In this document: positions 8,772 through 18,200 of the stretch, one piece after another
Layout of the letters: every line of letters begins with the position of its first letter
Numbering within the stretch: position 1 is the stretch's first letter
Source: a virus
Lineage: Duplodnaviria; Caudoviricetes
IMG/VR virus record: IMGVR_UViG_3300048574_000482
Coordinates: 1 to 29,149 of that record
Direction: 5' to 3' (one strand)
DNA: 29,149 nt
Translations under genes and position numbers: made by a program
The notes under the pieces: generated by a model
Database searches by the model: none
What the model saw: the letters and a program-made list of their open reading frames with translations, nothing else
Told to the model about the DNA's origin: nothing

Positions 8772-8786
8772 AAAGGAAAAACAAGC

Positions 8787-9173
8787 ATGAATGTCGGACC
8801 CGACGCAAAACTGAAAGTATGGGACGCGAAAGCCATCACGGCTACCGCGTATTCCGATTCCATCGTGTTCGCCGACGACGCGAACAACGCCGCGAGGATG
8901 CAGTTCGATATCCGCGTAAACGAGGCGTTCGTGACGTCGAATGCCGGAACGGTCATCTTCAGCATCCAGGATTCCCCGGATGGAACGACCTGGACCGACC
9001 GTGTGGTCTCTCCCTCGTTCGCCCCGGCCGGACTTCCGAAGAGCTCCGGAGGAGAGGCGCCGATTCATCTCGCCATTCCCCGCGGTCTCAAGAAGAATCT
9101 CCGGATTGCCGCGACGGTGACGAACGCGTTCACTGCCGGCAAGGTCACCGCGATCCTCAGCACGGAGAATTGA
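8787..9173 (+). CDS. Capsid cement/decoration protein (Bbp16-like)
   Basis: 128-aa beta-rich protein after the capsid gene; AITATAYSDSIV, IQDSPDGTTWTD, FTAGKVTAIL. Confidence 0.75.
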   Translation: MNVGPDAKLKVWDAKAITATAYSDSIVFADDANNAARMQFDIRVNEAFVTSNAGTVIFSIQDSPDGTTWTDRVVSPSFAPAGLPKSSGGEAPIHLAIPRGLKKNLRIAATVTNAFTAGKVTAILSTEN

Positions 9174-9174
9174 T

Positions 9175-9360
9175 ATGGCAGGACCTGAAGCATCGAACAG
9201 CAAAAAGCGTGCGCTGACCGGCGTCAAGACGTGCGTGTGCACGGCAAAATGCGTGTACGACGGCATCCGGTATTTCGAGGGTGAGACGATCACCGTGCCG
9301 GACACCGAGAAGGCGCCTGATCATTTTGCCGACGTTCCCGACGGGGACGCTGGCGAATAA
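9175..9360 (+). CDS. Small putative virion protein
   Basis: 61 aa, begins just after the previous stop and ends before a terminator-like hairpin; CVYDGIRYFEGETITV. Confidence 0.6.
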   Translation: MAGPEASNSKKRALTGVKTCVCTAKCVYDGIRYFEGETITVPDTEKAPDHFADVPDGDAGE

Positions 9361-9369
9361 CCAACCTGC

Positions 9370-9398
9370 AGGACTCCGGGGATTGCCCGGAGTCCTTT
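9370..9398 (+). terminator. Probable weak intrinsic terminator ending the head transcript
   Basis: 11-bp stem AGGACTCCGGG/CCCGGAGTCCT, loop GATTG, short T-run. Confidence 0.6.
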
Positions 9399-9414
9399 CG
9401 CGACGAGGTACCGA

Positions 9415-10026
9415 ATGAACGTTGATCTTGCGATCGCAAATCGCGCGTTATCGAAAGCAGGCCAAGACGAAATCGAGGCCGGCGATACCACCAGCAAAGC
9501 AGCGCGGCTCATATCCAAGTTCTGGCTTTCGACGCTCCTCGTCGCCCTTGCGGACGTTCCCTGGACCAGCGCAAAACGGCGTGTTTCCCTCATGATCGAC
9601 GCCGGAGAGAACCTCACCGCGTTCGCGTACAAGTATTCCATGCCGATCGACTGCGCCCGAGCCCTCGAGCTTCAGGGAAACGAGTATTTCGTAATCGAAG
9701 GGGAGTTCCTTTTCACCAATCAGGAAGCGGCACAGCTCCTGTACATTACGAACGGCCGGCTCGCCCCGGCAAGCTATATAGTCGGGGACACGTGGCCCGA
9801 GTATGCCCAGCTGATATATGAACCTTTTTTCTGGCAATACTACGAGACCAAACTCGCCGCGCAGATCGCTTTCGAGCTTACGGGAAAATCCGATCTCTTC
9901 AGCACGCTGTATACGGAAGCACAGCAGATCGCGGTCGCCGGAGAGAAAGCATCGAAGTCATCCGGGGCCGCGAAGAAGAACGGGAATGAACTCTGGATGG
10001 ATTCTGTCTGGAGGAAGATGTGCTGA
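9415..10026 (+). CDS. Tail tubular protein A / head-tail adaptor (T7 gp11-like)
   Basis: IANRALSKAG, PWTSAKRRVSL, YKYSMPIDCAR, KLAAQIAFELTG; position and size fit. Confidence 0.8.
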   Translation: MNVDLAIANRALSKAGQDEIEAGDTTSKAARLISKFWLSTLLVALADVPWTSAKRRVSLMIDAGENLTAFAYKYSMPIDCARALELQGNEYFVIEGEFLFTNQEAAQLLYITNGRLAPASYIVGDTWPEYAQLIYEPFFWQYYETKLAAQIAFELTGKSDLFSTLYTEAQQIAVAGEKASKSSGAAKKNGNELWMDSVWRKMC

Positions 10027-12227
10027 TCACTTCATTTTCAGCCGGCGAGCTTTCTAAAAAACTGTTTGGGCGGGTCGATCTTCCGCTCTACGCATCGGGC
10101 GCCGCACGAATCGAGAATTTCGAAGTCGTACCGACGGGCGGGCTCGTACGCCGTCCGGGAACTCGCCGGCACGGCTCGCTTGCCGGGCCCTGCAGGCTCA
10201 TTCCTTTTATCGTCAACTCGACCAATTCCTTTTTATTGGAAATTGGATCGACGTATATATATATTTGGCAAAATGGAACGCTATTAAAATCTGATGGCGG
10301 CGTTCCGATACGATTCAGCTCGTCGGATACCATGCCTTTATATTCCTCTCTCGAGGAAATCAAGGAAATCCAGTATGCCCAAACTTTTAATGAAATCTAT
10401 CTCGTTCATCGTAATTACCCACCCTATAAAATTGCATGGGCAGGCGGAACGACATTTGAGCTCGTCAAGCTGACATTTACAGGGAATGTCGACGAGATTC
10501 CTTTTCAGACTACGCAAAATTATCCAGGCGTAATTACTTTTTTCAATGGCAGGCTCTGGCTTGGAAGTACGATCAGCGAGCCTCAAAAGATTTGGGCAAG
10601 CAAACCTTTTGATTATACAAATTTCGTGCAGTACGAAACGGTCATCACGAATAGTACGAGAATCCGCGATCCTGATTTACATATTTTTACGGCTTCAATT
10701 ACCGAGGGAGAATCACTCCTGACCGGAACAACCCAGGATTTATCCACATTAGACACTGTCAATGACGCAAAGATTGACCGTCATGTTTTCCTGGGAAAAG
10801 CAGTAAAAGGTGGGTATGAACTCACATATTATGGTGATGATCTTTCCTGGATATCAAATCAAATCAATTACTACATATCCGGAACCGGTATTACACCGGG
10901 AACGAAAGTAAAAAAAATTACCAAAACAACTATTTTGATGGATATGCAAGCTTCGGTATCATCGGATCCCGGGTCTTTCTCAATTCAGCTCGTAGAAACA
11001 GCCCACTCGCTTACCGATTATTATGTTACTGGCCCGGGCATAGATATTGGTACGAAAGTGCTCGCCGCGTCGATCAATACGTTGTCTATCAGTACAGCAG
11101 CGAAAAAAACAAGTGCTTTTGCTATTTTTTCCATTCAACTTTGGAGAGATGCTGACTCAGCGTCTTCCAGTGATTATGATACCATTTATTTTTCAAATGA
11201 CGTTACGGCTTCAGGTTCAGCCTTTCAATTTGAGATCGCGAGCGATAAGAACGACGGAATAAAATGGATGTGCTCTCAGAACGATCTTATCATCGGAACT
11301 GAATCGAGCGAATGGATCGTGCCTGCATCAGTAACCGCGATAAATATTCAAGCGGTTCTGAATACGCGAAACGGTTCTGCCGGAATCCAGGCCGTTATGA
11401 TAGGTCCATCAACTATGTTCTTTCAGCAGGGTGGCCGATCGCTGCGGGAATATTTTTATCAGGTGGATAATACCAGGTATTTATCACAGAACTTGACCGC
11501 ATGGAATCCAGAACTATTAGAGGAATCACCCGCTATTGATTTCGATTATACGAACTCTCCGAGCCCGCGGGCAATCATAACTCGTAAAGATGGAAAACTC
11601 GGCGCACTCATTTACGAAAAAGATCAGGCCGTAGCGGCATGGTACCGCATCGTTCTTGCCCGTGGATTAGCTCGCAGTACCGCAACGGTTCCAGCAGAAA
11701 GTGGCGTTGATATGATCTATTTTGCCATTCAGGACGGAGAATACTGGTATCTCGAGTCGCTTGCTGACGATGACCTTATATTCATAGATCATTACCAGTC
11801 CATTCCCATTACCGCCGGACAGTCTGTCGATTATAGTGGGCTCGGGTATGACGTAACGGCGGAAATCTTCAATGCGACGACGAAAAAGATCGTGCCAGTT
11901 ACCGCGATTCCCGTTGATTTCTACACATCAGGCGATGTGTGTTTCATCGGATACCGATACGACTCAACGGTCGAGTCGCTTCCTGTCGTCAAGGATGGAT
12001 CGAATAACCAAAAACGAATCATTTCGGTCACGCTACGTTTGCTCGAATCCGCGATCCCGTATGTATCGAGTGGCAAGGCAGAGGAGCTTCCGAACCATGT
12101 TGCTCCTTACTCCGGGATTGTAAAGGTCCCAGTGCCTTCAGATTGGAGTACCGATGTTTTTTTTAAAGTACGCACAAATGAACCGGCCCCCTGTACGGTT
12201 CTCGCTCTGAACATAGATATCCAGTGA
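10020..12227 (+). CDS. Tail tubular protein B / nozzle (T7 gp12 / P22 gp10-like)
   Basis: SFSAGELS..LFGRVD, GGLVRRPGT, FFNGRLW, LIIGTESSEW, RSLREYFY; carries an internal nested repeat. Confidence 0.85.
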   Translation: MLITSFSAGELSKKLFGRVDLPLYASGAARIENFEVVPTGGLVRRPGTRRHGSLAGPCRLIPFIVNSTNSFLLEIGSTYIYIWQNGTLLKSDGGVPIRFSSSDTMPLYSSLEEIKEIQYAQTFNEIYLVHRNYPPYKIAWAGGTTFELVKLTFTGNVDEIPFQTTQNYPGVITFFNGRLWLGSTISEPQKIWASKPFDYTNFVQYETVITNSTRIRDPDLHIFTASITEGESLLTGTTQDLSTLDTVNDAKIDRHVFLGKAVKGGYELTYYGDDLSWISNQINYYISGTGITPGTKVKKITKTTILMDMQASVSSDPGSFSIQLVETAHSLTDYYVTGPGIDIGTKVLAASINTLSISTAAKKTSAFAIFSIQLWRDADSASSSDYDTIYFSNDVTASGSAFQFEIASDKNDGIKWMCSQNDLIIGTESSEWIVPASVTAINIQAVLNTRNGSAGIQAVMIGPSTMFFQQGGRSLREYFYQVDNTRYLSQNLTAWNPELLEESPAIDFDYTNSPSPRAIITRKDGKLGALIYEKDQAVAAWYRIVLARGLARSTATVPAESGVDMIYFAIQDGEYWYLESLADDDLIFIDHYQSIPITAGQSVDYSGLGYDVTAEIFNATTKKIVPVTAIPVDFYTSGDVCFIGYRYDSTVESLPVVKDGSNNQKRIISVTLRLLESAIPYVSSGKAEELPNHVAPYSGIVKVPVPSDWSTDVFFKVRTNEPAPCTVLALNIDIQ

Positions 12228-12235
12228 GGTGAAAA

Positions 12236-13111
12236 GTGGGTTGGTTCAGTGATTTTGTTGATGACGTAGAAGATGGCTGGGATGAACTTACCGGAAAAAC
12301 CGCTGCTGAAGATGCTCAAGATGAGATCAAGGCTCAGTCAAAAGCTGAACAAATTCGTCGTGAAGCAGAGATTAAAGCAAAAAAAGAATCTGCTGAGCGC
12401 GATATTGCGTATGCACAAGCTCAGTTTGACATCGAAACTCAAGATGCCCTCAAAAAAGCAGATGAGATAAATCAACAGGGCGAAAAAGTAGACGCGAACG
12501 CGACAAATCAGGAATCTCTTGTCAACGAAGCGTATAGCCAGAATATGAAGAAGCTCGGCACTACTGCCGATCAGATGGCTCTCGCCGAACAACAAACAAA
12601 AATCAGCCAAGAACAACAGGGCTCTGCATTAATGGCGGCCTTGGGAGGGTCCGGAACCCGTTCCGGGTCAACTGCCGCAAAGGTTTTGGTTCAAAATGAG
12701 CAAGTTTTTAACCAAAGCCTCAATCAGACAAAACGATCTGTTCAGGCTGATGAAGCCTATTCCTTGTCCTCAATGTATCAGAATCTTTCAAATCAGAAAC
12801 AGACACTCGGAGAGGCTCGTCAATCGGCACAACAGGCCTATACTGACGCTACACAGCTCAAGAGTGATTATTCAGAAGGTGGCAGAGCAATTAATTTGTT
12901 CAGCCAGAACATATCAAATCGCCGACAAGATCTCGATTCGACGATCAACCTGATGAATCTCGCAGGAAATCTGCAGCAGGATGCTTATAGCCGCGCGTAC
13001 GATCGAGCGAAATTCACGTTTGTAGATGGTTTCACCAATATTCTCACCTTAGCTAATGGTGCAATGAATACAGGTGAAAATATTTATAAATTCAGCTCAA
13101 TGTTTGCCTGA
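12236..13111 (+). CDS. Internal virion (ejection) protein, small
   Basis: GTG start after GAGG; helical Gln/Ala-rich; ALGGSGTRSGST; follows the nozzle gene. Confidence 0.65.
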   Translation: MGWFSDFVDDVEDGWDELTGKTAAEDAQDEIKAQSKAEQIRREAEIKAKKESAERDIAYAQAQFDIETQDALKKADEINQQGEKVDANATNQESLVNEAYSQNMKKLGTTADQMALAEQQTKISQEQQGSALMAALGGSGTRSGSTAAKVLVQNEQVFNQSLNQTKRSVQADEAYSLSSMYQNLSNQKQTLGEARQSAQQAYTDATQLKSDYSEGGRAINLFSQNISNRRQDLDSTINLMNLAGNLQQDAYSRAYDRAKFTFVDGFTNILTLANGAMNTGENIYKFSSMFA

Positions 13112-13122
13112 TAGAGGTTAAT

Positions 13123-15201
13123 ATGGGACAACATACTCTCGCCGATGCCTTGATGGCGGTATTTCAGACAACCAATACGGGTATCGATATTGCCTACCAG
13201 GTAAACATGGAGAAGGCAAAGAGTGAATTACAAAAATGCGACCTCGAAATGAAAGAGGCATACAACGAATATTTGGTCAATATCAATGGCCGATCAGACT
13301 TTGAAAACTTTCAGAATGATTGGGACGAAAAAAAAACCGAAACCTATAATGACATTATGTCAAAACTTTCGAGCCCTTACGCAAAAAAAGTCGCAGCAAA
13401 TCAGTTTAACCAGATGGATCTCGAACAGAAATACGCAATCCAGAGCGTTGTGACGAAACGAAAGGCTGACGTCACGTTGACGGACAATGCTAATTACCGG
13501 AACGCGATCGTCGCGAGTACTGCGTACACCGGCGATGAAAAGCGTCAGATCATGCAGGATTCCCGCCGGTCGGAATATGAATCCGGGTTGACCACTTATC
13601 AGGATTACGATCTTGGTTTGAGAAAAGATGGAGCCTCGCTTGCGTATACCGAGCTGGCTAAAATTGGTCGCAATTTTATGCAGCAAGGAGATCTAGCCGG
13701 GGCTCTTGATTCTGTTGACAAGTCGGAATTCAAATACCTGTTGCCGGACGGGAAGGAAATGCCGATCGATGCGATCAAACAACAGGTGAAAATGGATCTG
13801 CAAAATGAATGGGATACTGTTACCGAGAAAAAACAAGCAGCAAAAGCAAGTGAACTATCAGAAGATCTTGCCCAGTGTTTGGCTACGGGTGACCTAAATT
13901 ATGCTCGCCAAGGTATGGCAAAGATTCTGAAATGGACTGGCGATAATCTTTCGGAAGTAAAGAGAACCGAGTTCTCCGAGAAGTTTTCGAGCCTGCTCGA
14001 TCCGAAAAGCGACAAGGGCGCTGCACATTCAAAGATCCTTCAGGACATGCTCCAGTTCAACATGCAGAAAACGTTGAATCTCGTGTTTCAAGGAGAGAAA
14101 AATAAGAACGATCCGAACGCAGGGTACATCAATGCTAAAACAGGATTTGAGGCACTTACCGCAATCGGCACCAAGCTCCTGGAAGATGCTGGCGGCGGCG
14201 ACCCTGCATCGCTTGAACTGTTTGAAAAACTCAAAGGTGATTTCTATAGTGAGTTTGAGAAAATGATTCCGTCGAATTCCCCGGCGATCGCAAGCAAGGT
14301 CTCGCAGATCAAGGATCAGGCGAAGACCCTTGCCGCAAAAGCGATGGGATTCTCGGACGAAAAGGAACTCGACAAGAAGGCAACGACGGAACAGCGTGAG
14401 GCGTATTCGAATGCTCTTTCGTATCTCGATGGACGTGTGTGGGATGCCATGATGTCCATGAACATGGCGACCGTCAAGCCTGAAGATTTCGACAAAGTGG
14501 TCAATAACATTCTCGTTGCGTCGTTCTCCAAGCAGCTGGAGATCATCAAGAAATATCCGGATCAGCCGACCAATTTCGTTCGGAAAGGACTTGAATCGAG
14601 CGACAATGTTGCGGCGAGGTACATCGGCGCCGTAAATGACAATCCCGATCTCGCGTATGTCGATACGAAGGGCCATGAACAATGGCTGCCGGGAGTCAAG
14701 GAAGGGACTGAAGAATTCCGGAAGTGGGGAATCGACAGCATATCGGCCGCAACCGGTATTCCGGCAAAGGAAATTTCGGGAGCACCGGAGCTCAAGGACG
14801 GCGGCCGCGACATCGACGCGTCCATGATCTTCACGGCCCGTGGAAAGCAGTACAAGTATTTCGTTGATGGCGGAAAGCCGGTCCTCCGATCCCGGAGCGA
14901 CGGCGGCGAGTTTATGCCAATCTCAGGTGGATCGCCTAGCACGCGCGGAGAAGCGGACAAGGCGCAGAAAGACCAGAAGAAAGCTACCTATCAGGAGAAC
15001 ACGTCTCGAGCGGCCGATATCATCGATGCGAACCTTCAGACGTTGCTCAATGCACCAATGCCCGGGAAGAGCGGAAAGACCTGGATGGAATCCTACGACA
15101 ACCCACGCGCCGCGCTCGAGTCGTGGTCCGTCACCGATCCGGCCGGATTCATCGAATGGCAGAAAACCGTCAAAACAAAAAGAAAGAGCGGAGGACGATA
15201 A
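13123..15201 (+). CDS. Internal virion (ejection) protein, medium
   Basis: 692-aa helical protein in the gp15-equivalent slot; TAATG overlap with the next gene. Confidence 0.6.
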   Translation: MGQHTLADALMAVFQTTNTGIDIAYQVNMEKAKSELQKCDLEMKEAYNEYLVNINGRSDFENFQNDWDEKKTETYNDIMSKLSSPYAKKVAANQFNQMDLEQKYAIQSVVTKRKADVTLTDNANYRNAIVASTAYTGDEKRQIMQDSRRSEYESGLTTYQDYDLGLRKDGASLAYTELAKIGRNFMQQGDLAGALDSVDKSEFKYLLPDGKEMPIDAIKQQVKMDLQNEWDTVTEKKQAAKASELSEDLAQCLATGDLNYARQGMAKILKWTGDNLSEVKRTEFSEKFSSLLDPKSDKGAAHSKILQDMLQFNMQKTLNLVFQGEKNKNDPNAGYINAKTGFEALTAIGTKLLEDAGGGDPASLELFEKLKGDFYSEFEKMIPSNSPAIASKVSQIKDQAKTLAAKAMGFSDEKELDKKATTEQREAYSNALSYLDGRVWDAMMSMNMATVKPEDFDKVVNNILVASFSKQLEIIKKYPDQPTNFVRKGLESSDNVAARYIGAVNDNPDLAYVDTKGHEQWLPGVKEGTEEFRKWGIDSISAATGIPAKEISGAPELKDGGRDIDASMIFTARGKQYKYFVDGGKPVLRSRSDGGEFMPISGGSPSTRGEADKAQKDQKKATYQENTSRAADIIDANLQTLLNAPMPGKSGKTWMESYDNPRAALESWSVTDPAGFIEWQKTVKTKRKSGGR

Positions 15202-18200
15202 TGGGCGACTTTAACGACAGATTCAGCATCACGCGCAATGATACCGGCGAAAAGGTACGAAAGCTCCCCGATTTCCCGACCGCTCCCAAGCCGGCGGCCG
15301 TCGCCACTGATCAGGTCGCGCCCGCAGCGCCAGCATCGGCTGATCCCCCTTCTAATACCCCGATCAAGAAGCAGATGGAGACGGAAACGGCCGCGAAGGC
15401 AGCTCCGCTCAAGAGCGTCGCGCTCGATCCGGACGTCGCCGCATCCCAGGAGCGCGACGCCGCGAAGGCGGCGAATGTCGACCGGTATCAGGTCGATGTG
15501 CCCGACCAGTACTACAAGGTGTTCGGCGATTTCATCGCAAATTCGGATGATCCCACAGCCACCGCCTACCGGCTCGGAACGGCGTGGCGCTACACCCAGA
15601 TGTACGATATGTCTTTCGAGGACGCGTACAAGAACATCGAAAATCTCAATCAGGCGCTCCTGGGTGATCGCCAGTACTCGACGGCGAAGGATAATTTCTC
15701 GGCCGTATCGGACGCCTGGAAACTCGGGCTCAATGTCGTTCGCCGCGGCGCACTCGGAACAAATCTCGCGATTGCCGAGGATAACGGAAACCCGTACGAA
15801 ATCGACCGGATCCGGAAAGAGGTTGCGGCAGTGGACGGAGAAAACACCGGGCTTGAGGACCGTCAGCCTCGCGCCTGGTACGTTGAGGCGCTAAAATTCG
15901 GCGCCCAGTCGGCGCCCTTCACCGGAGCGGCAATCGGAGCAGGCCTCGTGGGCGGTCTTTTCGGACCGGTCGCCGCCGGAGCGTCAGCATTCGCAGTATC
16001 CATGCAGAATGCCCAAGGGTCGGAATACCTTGATCTCCGGAGCGAGGGAGTCGAGCCGGACCTTGCCCGAAACCTGTCGATCGCCTCAGGAAGTCTGCAG
16101 GCAGTCGTCGAGGTCGCTCTCGGTAATACCGCAAGCGTTGTCGGAAAGGCGGCGGGCGTCGAGACGATCACGTCGAACCTCTTCAAGCGGCTGCACGTCA
16201 CCGGAGCATGGACGCGCGCCGCGCGGGTCATCGGAGAATATAGCGGCGAAGCGGTCGAAGAAGGAGTCGAAGAGGCGCTGCAGGATCTCATCAGTTCAGG
16301 ATCCCAGGCGCTCGCGGCCGAGCTGCAGGGCCACGGAGTTGAACAGAAAACGGCGAACGAAGTCGCGCAGTCTGCCTGGGAAAACTTCCGGGGCGGCTTT
16401 CTCGGGTCGCTGGTGCTCGGCGTTGCCGGCGCGGGAATCAACGCACATACGGAAGTACGCGACGCGATCGCGCTCAAGGACGCTTCGGTCTCGATGGACT
16501 CGAAAGAGGCGTTTATCAAGGAGACCGCCGCAAGCCCGGCATTCGAGGGGCTCACCGATGCGGATCGCGCCGAGGTGCAGTCGAAGATATGGGATGCCGC
16601 CGCGACGAAGCGTGACGCGCGAATCAATGCGAGCGCTGCCGATATCGCTTCCGGCGCCGACTTTGCCGGTGAAAGCGAAACTGAAACCGTATCGGAGACT
16701 CCCGCGCCGCGTGGAGCCGTGCAGCGGACATCCGAGGGAAAACTGCACCTGCAGGAAGGAAAGGACGTCATCCAGAACAATGACGGATCGTCGACCCGGA
16801 TCCTGAAAGTCGGAAATCCGAACGAGGAAACGAGTTACAACCGGTACGGCTACATCAAATTCCGCGAGTATGACGACAAAGTCGTCGTCGACGATTTCCG
16901 CATGTCTCCAGGCCGGGAAAACATCAAGCGCGAGTTTTTCGACGAGTTCACATCGCGCTTCTCCGGCAAGAATGTCGAATGGGAACCTCGCAGCGAAAGC
17001 GGAAAGGCATTCGTGAAACAAGTCGTCGCCGGGAACCCCGCCGGGAGTTCCGCCGGTCTCCAGTATTACCATGACGTCGACGCCGGCACCGTCCGGGGTC
17101 GGGTGAAGCTCGATAACCAGATTAAGCAGTTTCTCCCGCGTCTCGACGAAAACGAGCGGGCCGCCGCCGTTGCCCTCCTCGAGACTCGCGCATCCGTAAA
17201 GGGACAGGACCTCGAAACCTACCTCGGGGAAACCTTTCATCCGACCGTATTTTCGGACTCGAAAACGGTCATTCCTGAAGCGGCACAGAGTGCAGGAATC
17301 GATTCTCGGGGAGTGAAAGGCGGTGTTGCGTTCCCGAAGGACGACATCTCGGGATCCGCGAAAGCACTCGTGTACGTGACGCAGAACTCGGATTTTTCGA
17401 CCTATACGCACGAGATCGCGCACGTGTTCCGGCGGGAGATGAGCGGCGACGACCTCGCGGAAGCCGAGCGCGCGTTCGGTGTGACAGACGGCTCCTGGTC
17501 CCGGGACGCCGAGGAACGTTTCGCTGTCGGCTTCGAGGAGTATCTCCGCGAAGGTAAGGCGCCCACCACGGCGCTCGAAAGCTTGTTCCGAAAGATGGCC
17601 GAATTCCTCCACCGGATCTACAACGCACTCGCCGCGCGGGTCGAGGTGAGCCCTGACATCAGGCACGTATACGACAAGCTTATCGCCGGCGCGGGGCCGC
17701 TCGCGGAGATCGAGACGTCGGCGCGGTCCGGGAAGAGCGTGGGAAGAGAAGAGACCGGCGATACCGCCGGGAGAATGACTGGACAGAAGAAGACCGAAAA
17801 CCTCACCCAAACGGTAGAGACGGCTCAGGAAGGGCCAACCGCGCAAGGCGACATCGATGCGGATCAGTCGCTCGCTGATGCGTCAAAATCGATCCTCGAC
17901 GAAGCTGGATCGATTTATTCAACGATCCCCGATGACATGTTTTTTCAGGCGGCTGCTGTAAAGAAACTCCTCGAGCACATGAGCCGGGAGGAGCTCATCG
18001 AAATTTTGCATACGAGCGACTCTGCCGGCGGCGTCCCGAATTATCGAGCGTATAGGAGAGACATCGAACAGGATGGAGCGTGGCCGGTTCAAGTTTCGCT
18101 CGATGCCGACAGCCTCAAATGGGTCAACGACAACATGGGTCATGCCTCGGGAGATCTCATGCTGAAGGAAATCGGCGAGACGATGCGTGACTATGCGGAC

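Noticed and set aside
12157-12168. T8-AAAG slippery-looking run near the nozzle 3' end
   Set aside because: A -1 shift meets TAA immediately, so no extended product results.
13328-13336. A9 homopolymer as a phase-variation tract
   Set aside because: It is an in-frame Glu-Lys-Lys-Thr codon run in a probably essential virion gene, and similar A-runs occur elsewhere.
15123-15200. Track start of the giant ORF at 15123
   Set aside because: It overlaps the upstream gene by 79 nt without an SD; ATG 15201 has GGAGG and TAATG coupling.
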